Origin: Armatimonadota bacterium
Lineage (GTDB): Bacteria > Armatimonadota > SYMT01
Length of the DNA stretch: 64,000 nt
NCBI GenBank assembly: GCA_046292385.1
Contig: JBKBRF010000013.1
Location: 80,663-144,662, forward strand
Direction of reading: 5' to 3'
Both the position numbers and the translations under genes were made by a program. How positions within the stretch are numbered: the first letter of the stretch is position 1; the number at the start of each line of letters is the position of its first letter. Positions 37,068 through 46,340 of this stretch are shown here, piece after piece. The notes below the pieces were generated by a model. It ran no database searches. It was not told the DNA's origin and worked only from the letters and a program-made list of their open reading frames with translations.

Positions 37068-38921
37068 ATGGCGCGGAAGAACCGGAAGTCGGACGAGCAG
37101 GAGCGGCGAGCGCGCAACCGGCACGCTGTCTGGGAAGCGCAGCGCATCCTGGGACGCTCCGCGCTGTCCGGCCTCTTGCGGGAGGTGACGGTGCAGGAGT
37201 GCCCCGGGGAGCCGGGCGATCCGGAGACGGCGGCGGTCGATCCCACCACCGGCACCGTCTGGGTCAACCTCTACCGCCGGGCGATGGAGCCGGAGGCCTG
37301 GGCAGCCGTGCTGGGCCACATGCTGCTGCACCTGGGGCTGAATCACGCCGCCCGGCGCGAGGAGCGGGAGCCGCTGCTCTGGAACCTCGCCTGCGACGAG
37401 GCGGCAGACCGCCTGCTGCCGTTCTTCGGGATCGGCCGCGCCTCCCCGCAGTACGCCTCCGCGGACCAGCGGGAAGAAGAGCTGTACGAGGAGCTGCTGG
37501 ACGAGCAGGAGCGGCGGAAGCTGCTGCGGAGCAACAGCGCCTACCGCTGCGTGCCGGAGACCTACGCGGGAAAGAACCGGCCCGACCTCCTCGGCATCGG
37601 CCGCTTCCACGCCTGGAGCCGCAAGTGGGAGGAGCTGCTGGGCGAGGGAATCCAGATCGCGGTGGAGGGCGCCGTCCGCACCGCCGCGCAGGCGCTGGGC
37701 GACGAGCCGGCCGCGAAGGAGTGGGGACCCGCCGCCCGCGCTCGCCGCTGGGTGATGAACGAGTTTCCGCTCCTCGGCGCCATCGCCACTCAGATCCGGA
37801 TCATCGCGGACGCGCAGCTCTGCGACCGCATGGATATCTCCATCGCCGCGGTCGACGGCTACCTGGGCGAGATGTACGTTCACCCGGAGTGGCGGTTCAC
37901 CCACGAGGAATGGATCTTCATCTACGTGCACGAGCTGCTGCACGTGGCGCTGCTGCATCACAGCCGAGGCCGTGGGCGCGACCCCTGGCTCTACAACGTC
38001 GCCGCCGACTTCGTCATCAACGGCTGGCTGGTGGAGATGGGCGTGGGGCAGGTGCCGTCGGTCGGCGCGCTCTACGATCCGCGGCTGCAGGGGATGTCGA
38101 CGGAGGAGGTCTACGACCTGCTGGTGCGGGACCCGAAGCGCTGCAAGGGCCTGCGCGGCTTCCGCGGCAAGCTGGGGGACGTGCTCTGGGACAGCCCCGG
38201 CCGGCGGATCTGCCGCGGCGACGTGACGACGCTGGACGACGTCTACCGCCGCTGCCTGCAGGCGGGACTCTCCCTCCAGGGCCGCGGCACCGTGCCCGCC
38301 GGCCTGGTGGAGGAGATCCGCGCGCTCGTCGCGCCGGCCGTGCCGTGGGACGTGGAGCTGGCCCGGTGGATGGACGCGCACGTGCCGACCCTACGGGACC
38401 CGCGCCGCACCTACGCCCGCGCCAGCCGGCGCCAGGCTTCCACGCCGGAGATCCCCCGGCCGGCCCGCTACGTGCCGCAGGAATGGCTCGACGCCTGTAC
38501 CTTCGGGGTGGTGCTCGACACCTCCGGCTCTATGGACCGCGAGCTGCTCGGCCGCGCCCTCGGCGCCATTGCCTCCTATTCGGAGGCGCGGGACGTGCCG
38601 AAGGTCCGCCTGGTGCTCTGCGACGCCGCGCCCTACGACCAGGGCTTCGTCTCCCCCACCGACCTCCGCGGGGTCTATCCGGTGAAGGGCCGCGGCGGCA
38701 CCGTCCTCCAGCCCACCGTCAACCACCTGATCAGCCGTCCGGACTTTCCACCCTCCGCCCCGGTGATGATCATCACCGACGGCTGGTGCGAGGAGCAGGT
38801 GACGGTGCCCCGGGAGCACTGCTTCGTGGTCCCGCGGAAGCGCGGTAAGGAGAGCTGGTTCCCCCTCCGCACCAGCGCTCCGGTCTTCCGGGTGCTGAAG
38901 GAAGAGTACTACGGAGACTGA
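37068..38921 (+). CDS. DUF2201-type protein: duplicated metallopeptidase-like domain plus VWA domain
   Basis: GHMLLH...WNLACD and VHELLH...YNVAADFVIN, with VWA motifs LDTSGSM, GRGGT, ITDG. Confidence 0.88.
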   Translation: MARKNRKSDEQERRARNRHAVWEAQRILGRSALSGLLREVTVQECPGEPGDPETAAVDPTTGTVWVNLYRRAMEPEAWAAVLGHMLLHLGLNHAARREEREPLLWNLACDEAADRLLPFFGIGRASPQYASADQREEELYEELLDEQERRKLLRSNSAYRCVPETYAGKNRPDLLGIGRFHAWSRKWEELLGEGIQIAVEGAVRTAAQALGDEPAAKEWGPAARARRWVMNEFPLLGAIATQIRIIADAQLCDRMDISIAAVDGYLGEMYVHPEWRFTHEEWIFIYVHELLHVALLHHSRGRGRDPWLYNVAADFVINGWLVEMGVGQVPSVGALYDPRLQGMSTEEVYDLLVRDPKRCKGLRGFRGKLGDVLWDSPGRRICRGDVTTLDDVYRRCLQAGLSLQGRGTVPAGLVEEIRALVAPAVPWDVELARWMDAHVPTLRDPRRTYARASRRQASTPEIPRPARYVPQEWLDACTFGVVLDTSGSMDRELLGRALGAIASYSEARDVPKVRLVLCDAAPYDQGFVSPTDLRGVYPVKGRGGTVLQPTVNHLISRPDFPPSAPVMIITDGWCEEQVTVPREHCFVVPRKRGKESWFPLRTSAPVFRVLKEEYYGD

Positions 38922-38977
38922 CGGTTCTCTCGCGGGGGTCGCTCCCTCCGGCAGGGATTCGGCGCGCCCGCGTGTGA

Positions 38978-40195
38978 ATGACGCCAGAGGAGAACCGTAC
39001 CTCTCGCGCCCCTCCCCGGATCACCCCGATGACCACCTACCGCATCCCCCTGGAGCTCGACCTCGCCTCCATCCCGGCCCTCTCGACCGAGAGCCTGATC
39101 GACGTCGATCTCGCGCTGGTCGCAGCCCACGCCGGGTACTCCGGCCGCCTCGCCCCGGAGGTGGTGTCGGTCACGCTGCCGGACGGCCGGCCGCTGCCCT
39201 GCCAGCCCCTGCCGGAAGGACGGCTGCTGCTCTCGCTCGGCGCGCTCACCGCGGCGGAGGGGCGCCTCCCGCTGAGCGTGCTGATCGGCGGCGCGCCGCG
39301 CCAGCCGGGAGGGGCGCCGCGGGTCGTCTTCAGCCAGGGAACCGACGACGTGGAGCTCTTGATCGACGGCCTCCTCATCGCGCGCTACCGCTACAACACC
39401 GCGGATCCGGACCTCCCGCGCCCCTACTTCCACCCGATCCTCGGCCCCACCGGCGTGCCGATCACGCAGGACGGCGAGATCCCCGGCAAGCGGGAGGCGC
39501 ACTTCCACCACACGGGGGTGGTGGTGGCGCACCAGAACTTCACCGACGGCAACAACTGGCAGATCGGCCCCAACCACAGCCGGATGCGCCACCTCGGCTT
39601 TACCGTCATGCAGAGCGGCCCGCTCTTCGGCCGGTTCGTGCAGCGGCTGGAGTGGCCGAGCGTGCAGGGAGACCGCGTCGTCTTTACGGAGGTGCGCACG
39701 GTGACCGTCCCCGCCCGCGAGCCGGCGCGGCGGTGCCTCGACGTGGAGACCGTGATCACCTGCGGCGAGCGCCCGGCCGTCTGGAACGCGACGCCGTACC
39801 ACCTCCTCGCGCTCCGCGTGCCGGACGCGATGACGGTGGCGAGCGGCGGGGTGATCACCAACTCGGAGGGGAAGAAGAATTCGGAGACGGCCGGCGCGCG
39901 CGCGAAGTGGCTCGACTTCAGCGGGAACCTGAACGGCGCCTGCGGCGCGGCGATCTTCGACCACCCGGAGAACCTGCGGCACCCTATCCCGTGGCTCAAC
40001 TTTGAGAACGAGACGGTCGGCGCCGCTCCCACCTACCACGAGCCGTACGCCTGGCAGCCGGAAGAGAGCCGCCGGTTCCGCTACCGCGTCTACTTCCATG
40101 CGGGTGACGTGCAGAGCGGGCGGGTCGCGGAGGAGTACGCCGCCTGGACCGCCGCCCCGAGCGTGCGGGTCGGGCCGCCCGCCCGGATCGCCTGA
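38978..40195 (+). CDS. DUF6807 (so-called 'PmoA') family protein with N-terminal extension
   Basis: RPYFHPILGPTG, HFHHTG, LALRVP, NSEG, ARAKWLDFSG, AIFDHPEN, FRYRVYFH. Start is 38978 or 39029. Confidence 0.7.
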   Translation: MTPEENRTSRAPPRITPMTTYRIPLELDLASIPALSTESLIDVDLALVAAHAGYSGRLAPEVVSVTLPDGRPLPCQPLPEGRLLLSLGALTAAEGRLPLSVLIGGAPRQPGGAPRVVFSQGTDDVELLIDGLLIARYRYNTADPDLPRPYFHPILGPTGVPITQDGEIPGKREAHFHHTGVVVAHQNFTDGNNWQIGPNHSRMRHLGFTVMQSGPLFGRFVQRLEWPSVQGDRVVFTEVRTVTVPAREPARRCLDVETVITCGERPAVWNATPYHLLALRVPDAMTVASGGVITNSEGKKNSETAGARAKWLDFSGNLNGACGAAIFDHPENLRHPIPWLNFENETVGAAPTYHEPYAWQPEESRRFRYRVYFHAGDVQSGRVAEEYAAWTAAPSVRVGPPARIA

Positions 40196-40215
40196 CCACC
40201 GCGGAGCAGTACCGA

Positions 40216-40437
40216 ATGAGCCATCCCAGTGAAGAGCCCCTGCCAGAGCCCCGGGAAGAGCCGGAAGAGGAGCCGTGGGTCGACCCGGTCGTGGAGTACT
40301 ACAAGCAGGGAGTCGACCGCACCCTGCTGCGAGAGAACCTGAAGCTGACGCCCACCGAGCGCCTCCAGAAGCTGCAGGCACTGCAAGAGTGGGCGGAAGA
40401 GCTGCGCCGCGCCGGCCGGAGGCTTCGCGGTGAATAG
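40216..40437 (+). CDS. Small putative antitoxin-like protein
   Basis: GVDRTLLRENLKLTPTERL, with an 8-nt overlap into the nucleotidyltransferase gene. Confidence 0.65.
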   Translation: MSHPSEEPLPEPREEPEEEPWVDPVVEYYKQGVDRTLLRENLKLTPTERLQKLQALQEWAEELRRAGRRLRGE

Positions 40438-40900
40438 CTTCGAGTCACTCCTGCGGGTGCTGGTGGACGGTGGTGTGGAGTTCATCCTGGTCGGCGGGGT
40501 CGCTGCCACGGTCCACGGGGCGGTACGCCTCACGGAGGACCTCGACATCGTCTACCGGCGCACCCCCGAGAACCTGGAGCGCCTGGCTGCAGCGGTGGGT
40601 GGTCTGCACCCCTACCTGCGCGGAATGCCCCCCGGTCTTCCGTTCACGCTGGACGTCCGCACTCTCCGTCACGGCCTCAACTTCACCTTGACGACGGACC
40701 TCGGCGCCCTGGACTTGCTGGGAGAGATCACCGGCGGAGGCGGCTACGAGTCACTCTTCCCGACCACGCACGAGATCACGCTCTACGGCCTGCCATGCCG
40801 CGTCCTGAGTCTGCCGCGCTTGATCGAAGTGAAGCGCGCCGCGGGACGCCCGAAGGATCTCGAAGCCCTGGCAGAGTTGGAAGCGCTGGAGGACGAGTAA
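40430..40900 (+). CDS. Minimal nucleotidyltransferase (DUF6036/AbiEii-like)
   Basis: LVGGVAATVHGAVRLTEDLD (GG...R.T.D.D), LDLL, K.AAGRPKD. Confidence 0.8.
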   Translation: MNSFESLLRVLVDGGVEFILVGGVAATVHGAVRLTEDLDIVYRRTPENLERLAAAVGGLHPYLRGMPPGLPFTLDVRTLRHGLNFTLTTDLGALDLLGEITGGGGYESLFPTTHEITLYGLPCRVLSLPRLIEVKRAAGRPKDLEALAELEALEDE

Positions 40901-40999
40901 TGCCGCTGCTGCCTCCCGCGTAACCTGCGGGAGATCGGACGCATCGTAACGACAGCCTGAAGGGCCGTGCTTTCGGTCCCGTCACCGCTGGAGTTTCCG

Positions 41000-42781
41000 A
41001 TGCGCGCCTGCTCTCCGCTCTTGCTGCTTCCTCTTCTCGCCGCCGTGCCGCTCTCCGCGGCGCAGCCGCCGGCCGCTCCCGCGCCTCCGCTCGGCGCCAT
41101 GGCGCGGCTGCCGGTGAAGGAAGTGACCGTCTTCAAGGACGGCCACGCGTTCGTCCTGCACGAGGGCGCGATGCCGACCAACGCGCAGGGCGACGTGGTG
41201 ATGGACTACCTTCCGACGCCGGTGGTTGGCACCTTCTGGCCGTACGCCAGCGACCCGAACGCCCGCCTGACCGCCGTCACCGCCAGCCAGCGGCGGGTGC
41301 GGGTGGAGCGGACCGCCCTGAACCTGCGGGAGCTGCTGGAGGCGAACGTCGGCAAGCAGGTGACGGTCCAGGAGCTGCCGGTGACGGCGGACGCGCCCGG
41401 GCCGAAGTATCAGGCGACGATCCTCGGCTTCCCGCAGCGCGACTCCGCGGAGCTGGAGGCGACCAGCCCCGCCAACTCGCCGGAGATGCTGCCGCAGAAG
41501 GGGGAGCTGATCTTGCTGCGGACCGGGAGCGGCGTGAAAGCGCTGCCGATCGCCCGGATCCAGGACGTCACTTTCAAGGACGCTCCGGAGCGCAAGGCGG
41601 CGAATGAAGAGCTCCGAAACCTGCTCACCCTCGACCTGAACTGGACCGGCGAGCGCCGGCCGCAGGCGCAGGTCGGCATGGTCTACCTGCAGAAAGGGCT
41701 GCGCTGGATCCCGAGCTACAAGATCGACCTCGACGGCCGGGGCGGCGCGGTGGTCCGCCTTCAGGGCACGCTGATCAACGAGCTGACCGACCTGACCGGC
41801 GCCACCGCCAACCTGGTGGTCGGCGTCCCTACCTTCGCCTTCGAGGGGGTGCTCGATCCGATCGCGCTGGAGAACACCGTCGCCCGTCTCTCGGAGCACT
41901 TCGAGAGCAACTCCCGCACCGCCGGCGCCTTCTCCAACTCGATCATGACGCAGGTGATGGAGACGCGCGGCCGCGCCGGCGGCCCCGCCCCCGCGCCGGA
42001 GCCGGCCGACCTGGGGCCGGAAGTTGCCGGCACGGAGCGCGCGGAAGACCTCTACGTCTTCACCGTCCGCAACGTGACGCTCCGCAGGGGACAGCGGATG
42101 GTGCTGCCGGTCGCGGAGACGAAGATCACTTACAAAGACGTCTACACGCTCGACCTCCCGTTCGCTCCGCCGCCGGAGATCCGGCAACTGAACGCCGGCA
42201 GCGAACGCGAGGCGGCGCTCGAGGCGCTGCTGCGGCGTCCGAAGGCGATGCACGTGCTGCGGCTGCAGAACCCCGGCCCGCACCCGCTTACCACCGCGCC
42301 CGCGCTCATCACCCGGGACAACCGCCTGCTGGCACAGGGGCTGATGACCCACACGCCGAAGGGCGCCTCCACTGACCTGCCGGTCACCGCCGCGGTCGAT
42401 ATTCGCATCCGGAAGAACGACGTCGAGACGAAGCGCACGCCCAACGCCGCCCGCGCGCAGGGGACCGACCTGCAGAAGGTGGAGCTGACCGGCACCATCC
42501 ACCTGCACAACCTGCGCGGGGAGCCGGTGGAGCTGGAAGTGACCCGGTACGTCCTGGGGAACGTGGACCAGGTCTCCGACGACGGCAAGGCGGAAAAGAT
42601 CAACCTCTTCGAGGACGGCAGCTTCCTCCCCGCCGGCCGCTACCCGGACTGGTGGGGCTGGTACCGCTGGCCAAGCTGGTGGCACAGCTTCAACGGCATC
42701 GGCCGCATCCAGTGGACCGTCCGCCTCGCCCCCGACGCGGAGGAGGAGCTGGAGTACCGCTGGCACTACTTCGCGCCGTAG
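41000..42781 (+). CDS. DUF4139-like secreted protein
   Basis: Signal peptide, VKEVTVFKDGHAFV, YLQKGLRWIPSY, NLVVGVP. Confidence 0.7.
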   Translation: MRACSPLLLLPLLAAVPLSAAQPPAAPAPPLGAMARLPVKEVTVFKDGHAFVLHEGAMPTNAQGDVVMDYLPTPVVGTFWPYASDPNARLTAVTASQRRVRVERTALNLRELLEANVGKQVTVQELPVTADAPGPKYQATILGFPQRDSAELEATSPANSPEMLPQKGELILLRTGSGVKALPIARIQDVTFKDAPERKAANEELRNLLTLDLNWTGERRPQAQVGMVYLQKGLRWIPSYKIDLDGRGGAVVRLQGTLINELTDLTGATANLVVGVPTFAFEGVLDPIALENTVARLSEHFESNSRTAGAFSNSIMTQVMETRGRAGGPAPAPEPADLGPEVAGTERAEDLYVFTVRNVTLRRGQRMVLPVAETKITYKDVYTLDLPFAPPPEIRQLNAGSEREAALEALLRRPKAMHVLRLQNPGPHPLTTAPALITRDNRLLAQGLMTHTPKGASTDLPVTAAVDIRIRKNDVETKRTPNAARAQGTDLQKVELTGTIHLHNLRGEPVELEVTRYVLGNVDQVSDDGKAEKINLFEDGSFLPAGRYPDWWGWYRWPSWWHSFNGIGRIQWTVRLAPDAEEELEYRWHYFAP

Positions 42782-42798
42782 AGCGCTGGGAACCTGTT

Positions 42799-43164
42799 TC
42801 CGAACCGTGTTTCACCACAGAGCGCACAGAGGGCACAGAGGCGGCACGGAGAGGGAACAGAGAGCTTGGGCTTGGCCCGCTTCCCGAGTGATTCAGCGGC
42901 CCCGGTCCGAACCTGATTCACCGTAGAGGCCGCTGAGGACGCAGAGGGAACGCAGAGGGAACGCAGAGGGGAACCAGAGTTTTGGGCCTGTTTCGCTTCA
43001 CGAACGCCGTACTGCGGCCCCGCAGTTTCTCGCTCTGGTTCCCCCCTCTGCGTCCTTTGCGCTCTCCGCGGTGAATTCCCGTTCTGGTTCCTCTCTGTGT
43101 CCTCTGTGCGCTCCGTGGTGAACAGGTCCGGAGGGCCTGCGTCTCTGCGGTGAATCCCGGTTCG
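42799..43164. repeat. Nested long-hairpin element (9-mer arms), copy B
   Basis: CCGAACC..TTCACCACAGAGCGCACAGAGGGCACAGAG ... CTCTGTGTCCTCTGTGCGCTCCGTGGTGAA, with core GGCCTG...CCGTACTGCGG. Confidence 0.8.
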
Positions 43165-43258
43165 TCTCACTTCCGGAAGGGCTCTCCGACCCTGTCGCGG
43201 AAAGCTCCTCGTGGCAGGCCGGCTTCTTCCGGCTGCCGGGAGACTCGTGAGACCCGCC

Positions 43259-45625
43259 ATGCGCCGCCCTCTCTTCGTCCTTTCCACCCTGCTGCTCGGA
43301 GCCGCGCTCGCCCTTCACGCGCAGGCGCAGCCGTCCGGCTTTACCGTCTCGGAGAGCGCGGACGAGATCCGGATCGCGTCTCAGGAGCTCGAGGCGGTGG
43401 TGAAGAAGCGCGGCTACGTGAGCGGGGTGGCGGGCGGGTCGTTCGTCGATCGCAAGACCGGCGCTCGCGACGCCGGGTTCGGGCTCGACATCGTCGACTG
43501 GATCATGGAGCCGGGCAGCGACGCCGCCTACCGGGACCAGCTCCAGGGCGACCTGGCGTACGACTTCAACAACGCCTATCACGGCAAGATTCCGAAGCGC
43601 AGCATCGAGGGGCCGCAGATCTGCACGCAGGCGAAGGAGGTCCGGCCGGAGGTGATCCGCGGGCGCGACTTCGTGGCGGTGAAGACGAGCCACCGCTACA
43701 CGCTGGCGGCGCCGGGGAAGAAGCCGGGCTCGCTCTGGGAGCAGACCCTCGTCTTTCCAAAGGGGAAGCGGTACTTCCTCTCCAGCGACCGGATCACCAC
43801 GGCGAACCCGGGCCAGGACATGTTCCTGCGCCTCGACATGCCGGGCCACATCAAGCACCAGGACGGCGACACCTTCAGCGAGGTCTACCTGAGCTACGCG
43901 GGCCGCATCCCCGCGAGCGAGTTCAAGAAGGACTTCGCGCCGGACGAGAAGCTGCTCTACCGACGGGGTCCGGGCCTGGTGCCGCAGCGGTTCATCCGCG
44001 CCTACCACCTGCGCGACCCGAAAACCGGGAAGGACGGCCCCTGGCTGGCGGGGATGACGCTCGATCCCTCGGTGGTCCACGAGGCGTGGTGCCACCAGCG
44101 CGGCTATGTCTGCATGATCCAGGAGTTCGGTCTCCCGATGGGCCACCCGCCGCTGAAAGCGGGCGACACCTTCAGCGCGGCGTTCCTGGTCGGCTACTTC
44201 GACTCGATCGACGAGATGCACCGCGTCTACGACCAGTACGCCGGCCACTCTGACCTGCGCGCCAACGCCCGCGGCTGGAAGCTGGTGAAGGGCTGGCAGC
44301 CGGAGCGCCCGACCCTGGAACAGCGGCTCTCGGACCGTCTGGAGTGGTTCCAGGACCAGAAGCTCGGCTTCTTCGTCCACTGGGGCGCCTACAGCCAGTG
44401 GGGCTGCATCGAGTCCTGGCCGCTGGTGGAGGTCGACAAGTGGGCGCGGCCGGACGACCTCCCCGCGTGGGTAGAGCGCGGGAAGGACATGGAGCGGTTC
44501 AAGCGCGACTACTGGGCGCTGCCCCGGACCTTCAACCCGACCCGCTTCGATCCGCAGAAGTGGGCCGACGCCGCAAAGGGCGCGGGGATGAAGTACTTCG
44601 TCTTCACCACCAAGCACCACGACGGCTTCAGCATGTGGGACACGCGACAGACCGACTACCGCATCACCGGCCCGGAGACGCCGTTCCGCACCCACCCCCG
44701 CGCCGACGTGGTGCGCCACCTCTTCGATACCTTCCGGAAAGAAGGGTTCGGGATCGGCGCCTACTTCTCCAAGGCGGACTGGCACCACCCGGATTACTGG
44801 AGCCCGCACGCGCCGGCCCCCACCCGGCACCCGAACTACGACACCCACGCGCGGCCGGACAAGTGGAGCCGCTTCACGCGCTTCGTCCACAACCAGATCG
44901 AAGAGCTGATGAGCGGCTATGGGCCGATCGACATCCTCTGGCTCGACGCGGGGCAGGTGCGCCCGCCGGACCAGGATATCCGGATGGACGACCTGGTCCG
45001 CATGGCCCGCGGCTACCAGCCGAACCTGATCGTGGTAGACCGCACCGTCGGCGGCCCGCACGAGAACTACCACACGCCGGAGCAGACCGTCCCGGACCGG
45101 CCGCTGCCGTACGTGTGGGAGAGCTGCATCACGATGGGCGACCAGTGGTCGTACAAGCCGGACGATAGGTACAAGTCGCCCCGCGAGCTGGTGCACCTGC
45201 TGGTCGACGTGGTGGCGAAAGGCGGCAACCTGCTGCTGAACGTCGGCCCCCAGCCGGACGGCGAGCTGCCGCCGCCCGCGTTGGAGCGGATGCGGGCCAT
45301 GGGCGACTGGCTGCGGGTCAACGGCAAGGCGATCTACGGCACCCGGCCGGTGGCGCCGTATAAGGAAGGCCGCGTCGCGTTCACCCGCAAGGGCGACCGC
45401 GTCTACGGCATCTACCTCGCCGCGGAAGGAGAGACGGCGCCGCCCGCGGAGATCACCCTGCGCGCGCTGCGCCCCCGCCCCGGCAGCCCGATCCGCATGC
45501 TCGGCGGCGGGACGCTGGAGTGGACCCCCACCCCGGAAGGCGCCACGATCCGCATCCCGGAGCGCCTCCGCCGCCAGCCGCCCTGCGAGCACGCCTTCGC
45601 GTTCGAGCTCACCCCGGAAGGCTGA
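43259..45625 (+). CDS. Alpha-L-fucosidase (GH29) fused to an N-terminal ~350-aa domain of unknown function
   Basis: WFQDQKLGFFVHWG, FNPTRFDP, TTKHHDGF, ILWLDAG, WESCITM, GGNLLLNVGP, WLRVNGKAIYGTRP. Confidence 0.9.
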   Translation: MRRPLFVLSTLLLGAALALHAQAQPSGFTVSESADEIRIASQELEAVVKKRGYVSGVAGGSFVDRKTGARDAGFGLDIVDWIMEPGSDAAYRDQLQGDLAYDFNNAYHGKIPKRSIEGPQICTQAKEVRPEVIRGRDFVAVKTSHRYTLAAPGKKPGSLWEQTLVFPKGKRYFLSSDRITTANPGQDMFLRLDMPGHIKHQDGDTFSEVYLSYAGRIPASEFKKDFAPDEKLLYRRGPGLVPQRFIRAYHLRDPKTGKDGPWLAGMTLDPSVVHEAWCHQRGYVCMIQEFGLPMGHPPLKAGDTFSAAFLVGYFDSIDEMHRVYDQYAGHSDLRANARGWKLVKGWQPERPTLEQRLSDRLEWFQDQKLGFFVHWGAYSQWGCIESWPLVEVDKWARPDDLPAWVERGKDMERFKRDYWALPRTFNPTRFDPQKWADAAKGAGMKYFVFTTKHHDGFSMWDTRQTDYRITGPETPFRTHPRADVVRHLFDTFRKEGFGIGAYFSKADWHHPDYWSPHAPAPTRHPNYDTHARPDKWSRFTRFVHNQIEELMSGYGPIDILWLDAGQVRPPDQDIRMDDLVRMARGYQPNLIVVDRTVGGPHENYHTPEQTVPDRPLPYVWESCITMGDQWSYKPDDRYKSPRELVHLLVDVVAKGGNLLLNVGPQPDGELPPPALERMRAMGDWLRVNGKAIYGTRPVAPYKEGRVAFTRKGDRVYGIYLAAEGETAPPAEITLRALRPRPGSPIRMLGGGTLEWTPTPEGATIRIPERLRRQPPCEHAFAFELTPEG

Positions 45626-45888
45626 CGGACCGGGGAAATTCACCACAGAGCGAACAGAGGACACCGAGATTTCGAACCGGATTCACCGCAGAGGACGCGG
45701 AGAGCGCAGAGGGAACGCAGAGGGGGGACCAGAGTTTGGGCCTGCAGCGCCTCTCGAGTTCCGTACTGCGGCCCCGAAGTTTCCCCTTCCGGTTTCCCTC
45801 TCTGCGTCCTCTGCGCTCTCTGCGGTGAATTCCTGTTCCGGTTCCTCTCTGTGCCCTCTGTGCGCTCTGTGGTGAGCTACGGTTCGGG
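45626..45888. repeat. Nested long-hairpin element (9-mer arms), copy C
   Basis: TTCACCACAGAG.../TTCACCGCAGAGGACGCGGAGAGCGCAGAG arms with their inverted partners. Same orientation as copy B. Confidence 0.8.
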
Positions 45889-45894
45889 AAGCCC

Positions 45895-46098
45895 CTACGG
45901 CGCGCCTTTGTGGATGAGGTAGGACGAGACGAAGAGGATCGCCATACAGCCGAGCGCCAGGTAGGCGGCCAGCGCGGCGAAGAGGACCACGGTCAGGGGC
46001 CCGTCCGGAAGGTAGAGCCCGCCGGGTCTCGGCTCCTCGGCTTTCTCAGTAACCCGCTTCTCGATCGTAAGCGCGGGGCGCGCTGCCATCTGTGCCAT
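45895..46098 (-). CDS. Small membrane protein
   Basis: AGGAG RBS region and a C-terminal hydrophobic helix LTVVLFAALAAYLALGCMAILFVSSYLI. Confidence 0.5.
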   Translation of the reverse strand: MAQMAARPALTIEKRVTEKAEEPRPGGLYLPDGPLTVVLFAALAAYLALGCMAILFVSSYLIHKGAP

Positions 46099-46340
46099 CA
46101 TCCTGCTCCTGCCGCCAATTGTTTCCACTACTGCCCGCGGGACTTCTGGGCGGCCTCTCCGCGTGCATCCTCAGGGTGCCCGGCTCGCACCACCATGCCT
46201 CGGCCATGCGGTGTGTTTTTTGTGGGGTGCCGGCAGCCAGCACTGCTGCTCGATAACCGCGGGTTTCATCCCGCGAGGAGCGGGTAACTCCCCGTCGTGC
46301 CGGTCCCCAGGCGATTCCCGACCGGCAGGAAGAGGAGACG

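Noticed and set aside
38978..40195. Methane monooxygenase function implied by the 'PmoA' family label
   Set aside because: The protein is soluble with no TM helices and there is no pmoB or pmoC. The label is not evidence of methanotrophy.
42799..43164. Possible CRISPR array in the repeat-rich intergenic regions
   Set aside because: The repeats are short, degenerate and inverted, with no constant-length unique spacers. No cas genes are present.
46130..46330. Possible ncRNA or riboswitch in the divergent region before mltF
   Set aside because: Only weak hairpins, with no recognisable family consensus.
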